DNA of 64,000 nucleotides, from the NCBI GenBank assembly GCA_045580085.1, contig JAZNND010000038.1:38410-102409 (forward strand), read 5' to 3'. The notes under the pieces are model-generated. The model was not told where the DNA came from and searched no databases. It saw only the letters and a program-made list of their open reading frames with translations. The stretch is from Eubacteriales bacterium. Lineage in GTDB: Bacteria; Bacillota; Clostridia; Oscillospirales; CAG-272. A program made the translations under genes and the position numbers. This document shows, piece after piece, positions 12,101 to 17,583 of the stretch (the first letter of the stretch is position 1; every line of letters begins with the position of its first letter).

Positions 12101-12752
12101 CGCAACGCCTACTCATGCAGACTATCAGAGATGGACCGTTTGCGTTTACGAGGATTGCGTATTCGAACTCACCTTCGACGAAACCTACCGCGTAACCATC
12201 AATGGCGAAGAGGATTGGATCTCCAATGTCGAGGCCATCAACTTCAACAGCTATGTTCCCGAAGGTTACAAGCTTACCGGCGTAACCATCGGCGGCGAGG
12301 CTATCGAGAATGTTGACGCATTCGTAGCTACTGCTGACGTTGCAGGCAAGGCTATCGAGATCGCAACCGAGAAGATCACCTACACGGTTAACTTCATGGT
12401 TGACGGCGAAGTATACCACACCGCTACCGTAGCTCACGGCGACGTTCTTGAACTTCCCGAAGAGCCTACCAAGTCCGGCTTTGTCTTCTCCGCATGGGAA
12501 GGCTACACCGAGGGTATGGTTGTTACCTCCGCTGTAACTCTCACCGCTGTGTTTGAGGAAGCTCCTTACGCAGCAGGCGACCTTGACGGTAACGGTACGG
12601 TTAACGCAATCGACGCAGACTTGCTCTACCAGCTCATTGCTAAGACCATAGAAGAAGATGGTATCTGCGGTACTGCTGACCTTGACGGTAACGGCGCTGT
12701 TAACGCAATTGATGCTGACTTGTTATACCAGATCATCGCAAGCAATTCGTGA
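3141..12752 (+). CDS. Giant (3203 aa) secreted multidomain surface protein: 5 LamG-like modules, a right-handed beta-helix, Listeria-Bacteroides (Flg_new) repeats and a C-terminal dockerin
   Basis: GGAGG lies 8 nt upstream. The signal peptide is MKKRILSFLLVVCTLLTMIPVMSTAAE. Domain motifs are listed in the sub-features below. Confidence 0.9.
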   Translation: MKKRILSFLLVVCTLLTMIPVMSTAAEQSEEAVASNVESTNADYAELYVQAGLVHAYMAFGTSDASYDIAGGVWYDLVGSANATLAGGAYSDSNLDGWKVGAHGGLVYEDNDAYNAAGNGIIWTVGSGEGQLNLPATYTVEYLSRSELRDVHAPWSTAKLTSAAVDGGTQYTATTVKWAANYGKLIINFKGAASTKYSISINGGSAFDVTMNANGTYAYSGSMGTASADHTIKVPAGLTVESVQYTSPVNEFGADQGFAFGSLRALVWTNALGSNSWGNGFGSVRWIAANRGWNGNGYNCAQLVSEDRVFAAHDGKTLAMTVVKKPYEVADIGMSETYTISYGSKAYGTASYTHTPNATTATVNGNSGTGLLGSAPVFQVQKGVPGAVYSLRMYDCEIDAAVKAQNHFVDIMAYTRYSIEKYNALSAETKTALYTYFADAEIEGKVTADIDAAIARIEGTASLDDTLYVQNGLVALYLTDNIDITNGVWYNSVANGANATLKGSWHENTDGSVAVNKTLYGSVLADGTLTSGNYGTKLTSNWDSTGSYLDLGIANLPDSDFTISMTAAYDNVQTRDFRTGELSGGWKNGRMIYTEQMRFMFGYFGTWNSLVGTGGDARWAYTTGGWQQCGDWGGTMGGSGQTLTLFKARLGTGYYTETITRDETVVTETQTTATYAIWQDASGKRSGTFKSDNASAPIYQTDESGGGFYLFRLWPADVISVAVYNRVLDATEMKQNHAADIVEYYGLDISSLLKEGNEKAKADFIALAANFEFSAANFDARKEGYQAAINSLGAAEKSVYDDLYVSEGLVALYTMFNTEEARDTLLSGLWGNKVEGGAAATVKGPMYGYDSAVGASWGWQLGENGGLKTSYVYDTWKKVVNGKNSNTANFTGVILDPALLDSTSSTVEFVGTLEPLLYANGTPYITNDSLDKYGAYDSLDSTFAVGIWKNVSFLAQGHSGASFGQDRWHYHSGYWGNHNGASYGGGTATFRANLAMDSIIQFAMMQTVTPAATEGGIATSSLSLNFNNKSTWNFTSDGRWYDDAKDGVFKVFNGIGGSIYAVRVYNDVLDSTKLLRNHFVDILAYYKIDTEQVSKLTDEQIAVGAATFADVQINNTSKANVQSFMDALTGKAAADSLYVKDGLVGLFTAYNKDLTVDLAAGKWFNKVDGTAITLAGAWKNTENGAITNGPFTYGRANYVDNYYGGKVALRDTSKYNTWNHNNYVNLGIDMLPEGNYSIEIVSEFYETMLLTDEGERVPYLSYAVTYWYNKTENGATTVVSSTTALANTDTVTYELIGTGYTPADGYASNSKGSAIGNVKVFTSSGGRFEGNPNYAYRWYLATADNGWGSFGYGTLGASQYWEDKGGVYSTIPGSVQTKMLTREMVYENEALTSVKFGLYRNASKVAYGTMSTDSTKGNGNYYPADAAETVFYLFKNEEVDLYSIRIYNRVLTKDEQKQNRFADVVAYYNLDLTKYNDYTDALKASALNAVANLGFTSDKATAQTLLDSIASYATDGKTAYDNAYVQSGLVGLFTSFGAYDASVDLVNGVWANKVADGENATLVGGAYLWTVNPNGGMYYTLNVNQYPTAVANKGGINLSDSYADLENFTVEAVYKTIGITDWKGEPYYSEYTAQVTDANGVTIPASGQLYGNYKSDLATHRFGLLNAFGFASRRTSNDNNSLGMFRWYVSNYHYNMHGGAAANSAIFAAIGNDNQAFYNALRSGTFTYNKATAAAGVTYTMGYNSLTGISGTVAADKYAELAAFDYADSADKAGEFSLLNGYPAEVYAIRVYNRALTEDEFLQNHFVDMAAYFGLDLSLIGEGEEATIYAAFKNISTESSATYVKALYGFYVGDKDALAASIGAHAGYAPLLGDESGYRVRFSIEKGAYDLFASGYTINYGAIVAIGEWGADTINTQANLTVSVDANGNVTTPNSNAQVVLVGGTSDGSNLYYEDLGDTMIYSVAVTAEAAEYGAGILVRGFYTLTDGKGNTKYYYMDPAEDGVFSGAVSVMEAADYYVNKYDGNVALAYQYMNCASMLKVLDACGVAARTGLGGDLTFYVEADGSDENNGLTKDTALATLEAAFAAAKAHLASDTATGVVIEIGEGEFFVAEPLTMDGNDFGDKVGSVVIRGQGDKTVVTGAVEIDASSADADASEFGEYIINLADENGKIPAFRYLYANGELMDIVSAGSEENYFDVGTVVEDATAKTAKIYMDPNYINTDYDFIGTEVHITVEWNFNIIHVVDVDVDDTDANGKVAVYVDYDQFKNMAVYSTVNNREYWLANGYGLLANASNEGANCYYYDEHTGNLHILDENFDSTTYAYAGVENAFIFSNIDGLTVEDFTITGVDNKYVTEDCGLKGGQAGSNGRTVDGTLSGGDFLTLAAIFANNITNSKFEGLTIKNVGGDGINLRGLVENVEIVSNKITHVGESAIRIGANNGTKTANAYNKDIVIANNYINGTGEFFKQCCGMLITNGANISIIGNTIVNTTYTAISIGWIWHESTNSLEAVMSGSTWNLVNVEVAYNYISDIMTCMRDGGAIYILGGNAANDVTSYFNYMHDNYLVVTEKTGLHDGQRWFMGYYHDGASSNWYDYNNVVVNATTSGVSNFVPYYVQGISGQLSHNVKLYGNYAIGFANGEALYKRADRIVASRGIQANDYIFSDKAMNSSVVGSVFGNSKSLTPPSNAKALVHSIFLTAGSDLTSVEALGGIGATGGSKGEYDLVFAGGEGALGAITGGLEAPKYAVTLVSEGEIIGTYEVAAGETFTMPEDVAEPTKARGEHSSFVFTGWKNYTEGMTIVSNITIEATFDEVIDVHKVTLVSEGETVTVLDVPYGALIGDYIPEEYKVLEKESTVDKTFKFKYWYTAEVDGTGEVADGVAVEGDTTIYALYSTSTRKYNVDLIVYNPTTGEYDTIESFTANYSQNDQYRRGDRFTVYVEGEGYEVTNQTTFEEFMALYWPEDTADITYTYNNRFTLVEGNGRFFYPATPTHADYQRWTVCVYEDCVFELTFDETYRVTINGEEDWISNVEAINFNSYVPEGYKLTGVTIGGEAIENVDAFVATADVAGKAIEIATEKITYTVNFMVDGEVYHTATVAHGDVLELPEEPTKSGFVFSAWEGYTEGMVVTSAVTLTAVFEEAPYAAGDLDGNGTVNAIDADLLYQLIAKTIEEDGICGTADLDGNGAVNAIDADLLYQIIASNS
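3268..8588 (+). repeat. Five tandem, diverged protein-level modules (approx 3268-4385, 4530-5385, 5538-6408, 6540-7553, 7698-8588)
   Basis: Each module opens with LYV(Q/K/S)xGLV(A/G)L(Y/F). Each closes with (V/I)Y(A/S)(I/V)R(V/I/M)YN(R/D)xL(T/D)xxExxQNHF(V/A)D(I/V/M)xAY(Y/F)xLD. The ..RIYNRaL..eE ending is characteristic of LamG-like (Laminin_G_3) jelly rolls. Confidence 0.6.
9300..11150 (+). other. Right-handed parallel beta-helix (pectate-lyase-fold) region of the giant protein
   Basis: The entry motif is DLTFYVEADGSDENNGLTKDTALATLEAAF...VVIEIGEGEFFV. PbH1-like turns follow: NKITHVGESAIRIG, NNYINGTGEFF, GNTIVNTTYTAISIG, YNYISDIMTCMRDGGAIYILGG. Confidence 0.65.
12576..12749 (+). other. Type-I-like dockerin module (two near-identical Ca-binding segments)
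   Basis: GDLDGNGTVNAIDADLLYQLIAK ... ADLDGNGAVNAIDADLLYQIIAS sits at the extreme C terminus. Confidence 0.8.
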
Positions 12753-12835
12753 TGGCGAGACTGTCAAACCCATTGTTTAATCAATGGTTCTGCGAATAAA
12801 CTGTCGGTAAGATAGCTTATTCTTAGTAAAACCCC

Positions 12836-12900
12836 AAACTCCCCGAAGCTTCGGCTTCGGGGAGTTTTTGCCCCAGAAGCTTCGGCTTCGGGGAGTTTGA
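12836..12900 (+). terminator. Tandemly duplicated terminator hairpin
   Basis: AAACTCCCCGAAGC-TTCG-GCTTCGGGGAGTTTTT (12836-12869) is followed by a near copy, CCCCAGAAGCTTCGGCTTCGGGGAGTTT (12871-12898). Confidence 0.7.
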
Positions 12901-12970
12901 GAGGAGCAAACATGGCTTGCGCGAGATGTGCGCTCATCGGATATCAAACAGATATAAAAGAATGCAGATA

Positions 12971-13090
12971 TCCGAAAAGCCAAGTTGCCGAAAAATATTC
13001 AGCCAAATTGCCGAAAAATATTCAGCCAAATAACCGAAAAATATTTGGCCAAATTACCGAAAAAATATTTGGCCAAATTACCGAAAACCG
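12971..13090. repeat. About 4.5 tandem copies of a 23-24-bp unit with embedded palindromes
   Basis: The units are TTGCCGAAAAATATTCAGCCAAA at 12985-13007 and 13008-13030, TAACCGAAAAATATTTGGCCAAA at 13031-13053, and TTACCGAAAAAATATTTGGCCAAA at 13054-13077. Partial units flank them. The last two full units contain the 12-bp palindrome ATTTGGCCAAAT. Confidence 0.9.
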
Positions 13091-13186
13091 TAGATGATGC
13101 AAAGTCAGTTAAAGAAATACGCCAAATAATGTTAAAAAAATAACAATCTTTTGCTGAATAAAAACCAAAAAAGTTTTTCAAAAACA

Positions 13187-13215
13187 TTGACAAAAAAGGC
13201 AAATTATGATATCAT
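13187..13215 (+). promoter_or_regulatory. Sigma-A type promoter for the cohesin-like gene
   Basis: TTGACA (13187-13192), a 17-nt spacer ending in TGA, then TATCAT (13210-13215). Confidence 0.45.
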
Positions 13216-13331
13216 GTACACAGAATATGGCGTATTATAATTGTGTAGCTTAACCGCATTTCTCTCTTGTCTGATAGATGCGGAGATATGCGGTGTGATA
13301 CGCACAAAAATTAAAAAAGGAGACTTTTATC

Positions 13332-14975
13332 ATGAAGAAAATTCTTTCTCTGGTACTGGTTGTTGCCATGATGGCAAGCGTGCTTGTGTTCGCACCTGCT
13401 GCTTCTGCTGACAGTGGCTTCTCTGTTGAGATTACCGATGCTGTTGCTCACAAGGGCGACTCCGTAACGGTTGATCTCGTTGTTACCGGTACCACGCTTC
13501 GTTCCTACGCGCTTGTTCTTGATTTTGATACAACAAGACTTGAAAATCCTGTCATGACCAAGTGCAGTGATGTGTGGACATCACCTAAGCCAATCGGTGC
13601 CTATTCCGATGATTATGCTGCTACTATGACAGCTAACATCGACGGTGCTTCCGCTGACATCAGTGGTGGTTACACTCTTCTTACCATTACTTTTGATGTT
13701 AAGGCTGGTGCTCCCGCAGGCGATGCTTATGTTCGCGTTCCTGTTTTTGATGATGTCAACAACATTTTCCTTGCTCCTACCTCTGATTATCGTGATGCAG
13801 TTGCTGACTATGCCTCTATCGCCGGTGCTGTAACCGTTCTTCCCGACGGTTATGTAGCAGGTACTCCCGCAACCGAGATTCCTGCTTCCGACCTTGAGTA
13901 TGATCTTAACGACAATGAAGACGGCTACGTCATCTCCGGTTATGCAGGTTCTGCTACCGGTGGTACGGCAATCATTCCCGCTACCATCGAAGGTTTGCCC
14001 GTTGTTGAGATTGGTCAAACTGCTTTCAACTATGCGGAGTTTGATACTTACATCTTCCCTGCAAGCGTAGTGACCTTCGGTCGCCGTGCTGTTCGTCAGG
14101 ATGCTGGTTTTGAGGTATATATCGCTGCAGAAAGCGCTTCCTTTGATGAAAGATATTACCAGTCTTTCGTTTCCAATGATGGTGACGTTGTAGTTCACAG
14201 CTCTGCTTCTTCTGACGCTAAGACCTATGTAGAGGCTGTGTTGGATGATGATGATACTGTTGCAATTTCTTGGTCTGCAGAAGAATATTCTGCTCCTCCT
14301 GTTGTAACCATTGTTGGTGAAACTACCAGTACTTATATCGTTTCTGCCGGTACCATTGAGGCTCCCGGTGCTGCTATTATTGCCGGTAAAACCTTCTTCG
14401 GTTGGAAGGCTGACGATGCCTTTGTTGCTGCCGGTGCTGATGTTGAGATCACCGGTGACACCACCTTCGAGGCTGTAGCTCTTACCACTCCCGAAACGCA
14501 GAACGGCGCAAGCATTAAGGCTGCTAACAACTATGCCGCACTTCGTTTCACCGCAACTCTTAATGTTGCTGAGTACGATACGCTTCTTGAGTTGTTCGGC
14601 AAGGAAAATGTGAAGCACGGTATGTTGATCGCTCCCATGCAGCTTATTGAAGACGCAGGCGCGTTCACTCACGATGCTCTTAAGCAGTACCTTGACTTTG
14701 AGATGACCGGTTGCTGGAAGGTTGAAAACGGCGAATACGTTCTTTCCGCTTCCGTTAAAAACTTCTCTTCGAAGACTATTGCTATGAACCCTGCATTCAA
14801 CGCTGTTGCTTATGCTGCCATCACGATTGACGGTGTAACTACTTACGTATACGGTGATTGCGATGCTGCTTGCGCAAGAGATGCGAAGAGCATTCTTTAT
14901 GCAGCTCTTGGTGATTATGCAGATGATAGCAACGAGTACGGTTGGATCAATACTTGGTACTCCAAGTTTAACTAA
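13332..14975 (+). CDS. Secreted cohesin-like domain + BspA-type LRR + Flg_new repeat protein
   Basis: AAGGAG is the RBS. The signal peptide is MKKILSLVLVVAMMASVLVFAPAASA. The N-terminal domain (about nt 13410-13815) follows the cohesin pattern: FSVEITDAVAHKGDSVTVDLVV...YALVLDFDTTRL...GYTLLTITFDVKAGAPAGDAYVRVPV. An LRR_5-like segment is IPATIEGLPVVEIGQTAFNY...IFPASVVTFG, and GKTFFGWKADD...TGDTTFEAV is Flg_new-like. Confidence 0.6.
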   Translation: MKKILSLVLVVAMMASVLVFAPAASADSGFSVEITDAVAHKGDSVTVDLVVTGTTLRSYALVLDFDTTRLENPVMTKCSDVWTSPKPIGAYSDDYAATMTANIDGASADISGGYTLLTITFDVKAGAPAGDAYVRVPVFDDVNNIFLAPTSDYRDAVADYASIAGAVTVLPDGYVAGTPATEIPASDLEYDLNDNEDGYVISGYAGSATGGTAIIPATIEGLPVVEIGQTAFNYAEFDTYIFPASVVTFGRRAVRQDAGFEVYIAAESASFDERYYQSFVSNDGDVVVHSSASSDAKTYVEAVLDDDDTVAISWSAEEYSAPPVVTIVGETTSTYIVSAGTIEAPGAAIIAGKTFFGWKADDAFVAAGADVEITGDTTFEAVALTTPETQNGASIKAANNYAALRFTATLNVAEYDTLLELFGKENVKHGMLIAPMQLIEDAGAFTHDALKQYLDFEMTGCWKVENGEYVLSASVKNFSSKTIAMNPAFNAVAYAAITIDGVTTYVYGDCDAACARDAKSILYAALGDYADDSNEYGWINTWYSKFN

Positions 14976-15005
14976 TAGCTGATTGGACGAAAGGAGATTA
15001 TAACA

Positions 15006-15125
15006 ATGAAAAAGTTTTACGAAGCACCCGAAGCTGAAGAGCTTGTAATTGCTACGCAGGATGTTATGCTCATGTCCGAAGGCAATGATGAGTCCAAGGA
15101 TGACCTTGAATGGGATATCATGTAA
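15006..15125 (+). CDS. Unannotated 39-aa highly acidic micro-ORF (MKKFYEAPEAEELVIATQDVMLMSEGNDESKDDLEWDIM)
   Basis: It is below the ORF-track length cut-off. AAAGGAG lies 9 nt upstream of the ATG. It starts 30 nt after the cohesin-like gene stop and shares the terminator at 15177-15207. Confidence 0.5.
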   Translation: MKKFYEAPEAEELVIATQDVMLMSEGNDESKDDLEWDIM

Positions 15126-15176
15126 TCCCTGAGAGTGTCTGAGCTTAACATAATTCAATAAGCAAAGAACCGTAAA

Positions 15177-15207
15177 GGTCCATCTGCAATGCAGATGGAC
15201 CTTTTTT
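15177..15207 (+). terminator. Rho-independent terminator
   Basis: Stem GGTCCATCTG / CAGATGGACC, followed by TTTTTT. Confidence 0.8.
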
Positions 15208-15444
15208 AAACAAAATTTTATATATAGGTATTGAAAGATTCTTGCCCGAAGTGGCTGAAATCGATTGGCGGATGGGTGCGTTGTGTTTTGCCGACAAAAA
15301 TAGGGCTGAGTGATTAACTCAGCCCCGATGCAATTTTAGCCACCAAAGGTGCAGGTTGTGTTGCATTTTTTGCAAATGCAACCGGTGGGGTATAAAAACA
15401 ACGGTTTTAGATTGCTTTTCGGTGCTTTATTACCGATGCCCCGC

Positions 15445-16716
15445 CTAAAGTTGTTCAAAAAAAGGGAAGACGCTCTTATACAGATAGAGCGAACCGAGGC
15501 AAAGCAGCGGCGCACCCGTATTTTGGGCGCATGCTTTCGCTATGCGGAGGGCATCTTCCACGCTCGCATAGGCTTGGGCGGGAATGCCCGCTTTTTCAAG
15601 CGTTTGCGCGTATTCCTCAGCGGAAAGAGCGCGGGGAGAAGGCGGCGTTACGGTGAAGGCGCGGAGGGCGACTTCGGCAAGCATGGCGGTGATTTCTTGA
15701 TAATCTTTGTCGCGCAGGACACCCGTCAAGAGTAAAATTTTTTGATGGGGGAAATAGGTGCGGATGCTGTTTACGGCTTCCGCGATACCTTGGGGGTTGT
15801 GCGCACCATCGAAGATGACAAGGGGATCGCTGCCCAGTATTTCAAAGCGTGCGTGCCACACGGTGGTGGCGAGGGCGGTTCTTACGGCGGATTCGGGGAC
15901 AGAGAAACCCTTTTGGGTGAGGATATCCACTGCTGTGAGCACGGTGGCGGCGTTTTTGGGTTGATAGAGCCCCAAGAGTGAAAGGCGAAGGTCCTTTCTC
16001 TCACCGAAATCAAAGAGCGTTCCTTCGAGGGACGGGCGGATATTTTGCACTTTTTCGGCGGGCACCGCGTAGAAGGGTGCTTTTTTTTCATCTGCCACCC
16101 GACGGATGACGGTGAGGGCTTCGCTGTCGGTGCCGCCGAAAAGAACGGGGACGCCCTGCTTGATGATGCCTGCTTTTTCCTTGGCAATGGCTGCGACGGT
16201 ATCGCCCAAAAAGGCGGTGTGATCGAGCGCGATGCCCGTGATGATGGCGAGCAGGGTGTTTTGAATGACGTTTGTGGCATCGAGCCTGCCGCCGAGCCCT
16301 GCTTCTATCAGAACGATATCGCAATTTTCATTTTTGAAATGCGTGAAGGCGAGGACGGTAAGCAGTTCGAAGGAGGTGGGCTTATCGGTGCATGCATCGG
16401 TGTGCTTTTTTGCTTCGGCGGCGAGGGCGGCAAGGGCTTGCTCGGAGATCGGGGCGCCGTTCACACGGATTTGTTCGCGAAATTCCCGCACGGCGGGAGA
16501 GGAAAAGACACCGACTTTGTAGCCCGCCACGGCGAGGATGCGTTCGAGCATGGCAAGCGTGGAACCTTTGCCGTTGGTGCCTGCGATATGGACAAAACGC
16601 AGGGCGTTTTGGGGATTACCCATGCGGCGGCAGAGCTCTTCGGTGCGTTCGGTGCCGGGCTTGCAAAAGGCGGTATTGACGTTTTCGATATAGTGCAGAG
16701 CTTCGGTATACTTCAT
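15445..16716 (-). CDS. folC: Bifunctional folylpolyglutamate synthase / dihydrofolate synthase
   Basis: Mur-ligase P-loop HIAGTNGKGST. The length and overall pattern fit FolC. It lies 12 nt downstream of folT. Confidence 0.85.
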   Translation of the reverse strand: MKYTEALHYIENVNTAFCKPGTERTEELCRRMGNPQNALRFVHIAGTNGKGSTLAMLERILAVAGYKVGVFSSPAVREFREQIRVNGAPISEQALAALAAEAKKHTDACTDKPTSFELLTVLAFTHFKNENCDIVLIEAGLGGRLDATNVIQNTLLAIITGIALDHTAFLGDTVAAIAKEKAGIIKQGVPVLFGGTDSEALTVIRRVADEKKAPFYAVPAEKVQNIRPSLEGTLFDFGERKDLRLSLLGLYQPKNAATVLTAVDILTQKGFSVPESAVRTALATTVWHARFEILGSDPLVIFDGAHNPQGIAEAVNSIRTYFPHQKILLLTGVLRDKDYQEITAMLAEVALRAFTVTPPSPRALSAEEYAQTLEKAGIPAQAYASVEDALRIAKACAQNTGAPLLCLGSLYLYKSVFPFFEQL

Positions 16717-16728
16717 GGCAGACCTTTC

Positions 16729-17253
16729 TTATTTTGGCAAGAGCTTGCGGAAGAAATCGCGGCGGAAAAGCCAAATGAGAAGTGCGATTTCAAGCGGCGC
16801 GATAACGAGATAAAGCGGAATGCGCCAAAGCACGAGCAGGCCGTAGAACTGATAGAGTCCGATGGGCTTGATGATCATGGAGCCAAAAAGGTGCGCGAGG
16901 GAAGCGGCGAGGATGATTTGCAAGACGGAATGCTGTTTGACGAGGAAGCGGGAGACGCATCCCGAGACGAGACCGACCGTAAACGCGCCCGCGGTGACGA
17001 TGAGATTGGGGGGATAGGCTTGCGCCGAGAGCAAGTAACTCAAAAGGTCGGAGGCGATGCCGACGAGCCCTCCGACGATGGGGCCGCAGGTGATGCCCGA
17101 TAGGATGATGGGCAGGTTTTCAAAGGTGATGCGAAAGAGACCGTTTCCGAAATTGAGAAAATTCTTGCAGAAGATGCCGATGACGATGGAGATTGCGGTC
17201 ATCATGGCGGCGAGGGTGAGCATTTTTGTGGGCATACCAACTTTTTTTTGCAT
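16729..17253 (-). CDS. folT: Folate-family ECF transporter S component
   Basis: It is a multi-TM protein of about 174 aa. It sits between a THF riboswitch and folC. The start is taken at the ATG at 17253 (GGAAGGAAGG upstream), not the track start at 17316. Confidence 0.7.
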   Translation of the reverse strand: MQKKVGMPTKMLTLAAMMTAISIVIGIFCKNFLNFGNGLFRITFENLPIILSGITCGPIVGGLVGIASDLLSYLLSAQAYPPNLIVTAGAFTVGLVSGCVSRFLVKQHSVLQIILAASLAHLFGSMIIKPIGLYQFYGLLVLWRIPLYLVIAPLEIALLIWLFRRDFFRKLLPK

Positions 17254-17427
17254 AAAAAACCTTCCTTCCTCGATCATAGGGCGAGGAAAGAAGGAAAAAA
17301 TCTTCTTTGGTGCCATATGAAGCGGGATGCAGAATATCTACCGCAAGCTCGCCGATTGCCGACTGCTTTTCGTCCCATGGACAACTCCCCGTCCCACAGG
17401 CACTTGACGCCGATATTCTTACTCTTC
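17254..17427 (-). promoter_or_regulatory. THF (tetrahydrofolate) riboswitch: aptamer about 17319-17427, expression platform 17254-17318
   Basis: The minus-strand RNA is GAAGAGUAAGAAUAUCGGCGUCAAGUG...ACGAAAAGC...UGCGGUAGAUAUUCUGCAUCCCGCUUC. It aligns by eye to the E. siraeum THF aptamer (GGAGAGUAGAUGAUUCGCGUUAAGUG...ACGAAGC...GCGGUGAAUCAUUGCAUCCGCUCC). Downstream, the hairpin CCUUCUUUCCUCG/CGAGGAAGGAAGG plus U6 covers the SD. Confidence 0.8.
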
Positions 17428-17583
17428 GTAGCGTTTTATTGTGCTTTCATTATAAACCTGTGCGCTGTTTTTGTCAAGTGCTTTTGGAGAAAATCGCACG
17501 TTTTTTTGCTATTTTTCTTTACTTTTGGGACAAAGTATGGTACAATAATAAGGTATGATAGCAAAGAGGACGGAGGGACGCTT

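Noticed and set aside
5850-12437. A 2195-aa ORF on the minus strand (and a 714-aa one at 3207-5351), antisense to the giant gene
   Set aside because: The plus-strand frame has an SD, a signal peptide and recognisable LamG-like, beta-helix, Flg_new and dockerin motifs. The antisense translations are low-complexity (V/G/S/T-rich) with no motifs and no SD. Long antisense frames are expected when the sense codon usage avoids TTA/CTA/TCA.
12971-13090. Possible CRISPR array
   Set aside because: The units are directly abutting, with no unique spacers, and only 23-24 bp long. No cas genes are in the window. This is a plain tandem repeat.
12897-13202. Track ORFs 12897-13097 (+) and 12999-13202 (-)
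   Set aside because: They run through the tandem repeat and terminator region and give repetitive translations (…KIFGQITEKIFGQITE…). They have no SD.
15349-15735. 128-aa plus-strand ORF at the folC 3' end
   Set aside because: It mostly overlaps folC antisense. The non-overlapping part contains only terminator-like hairpins (15303-15325, 15358-15382).
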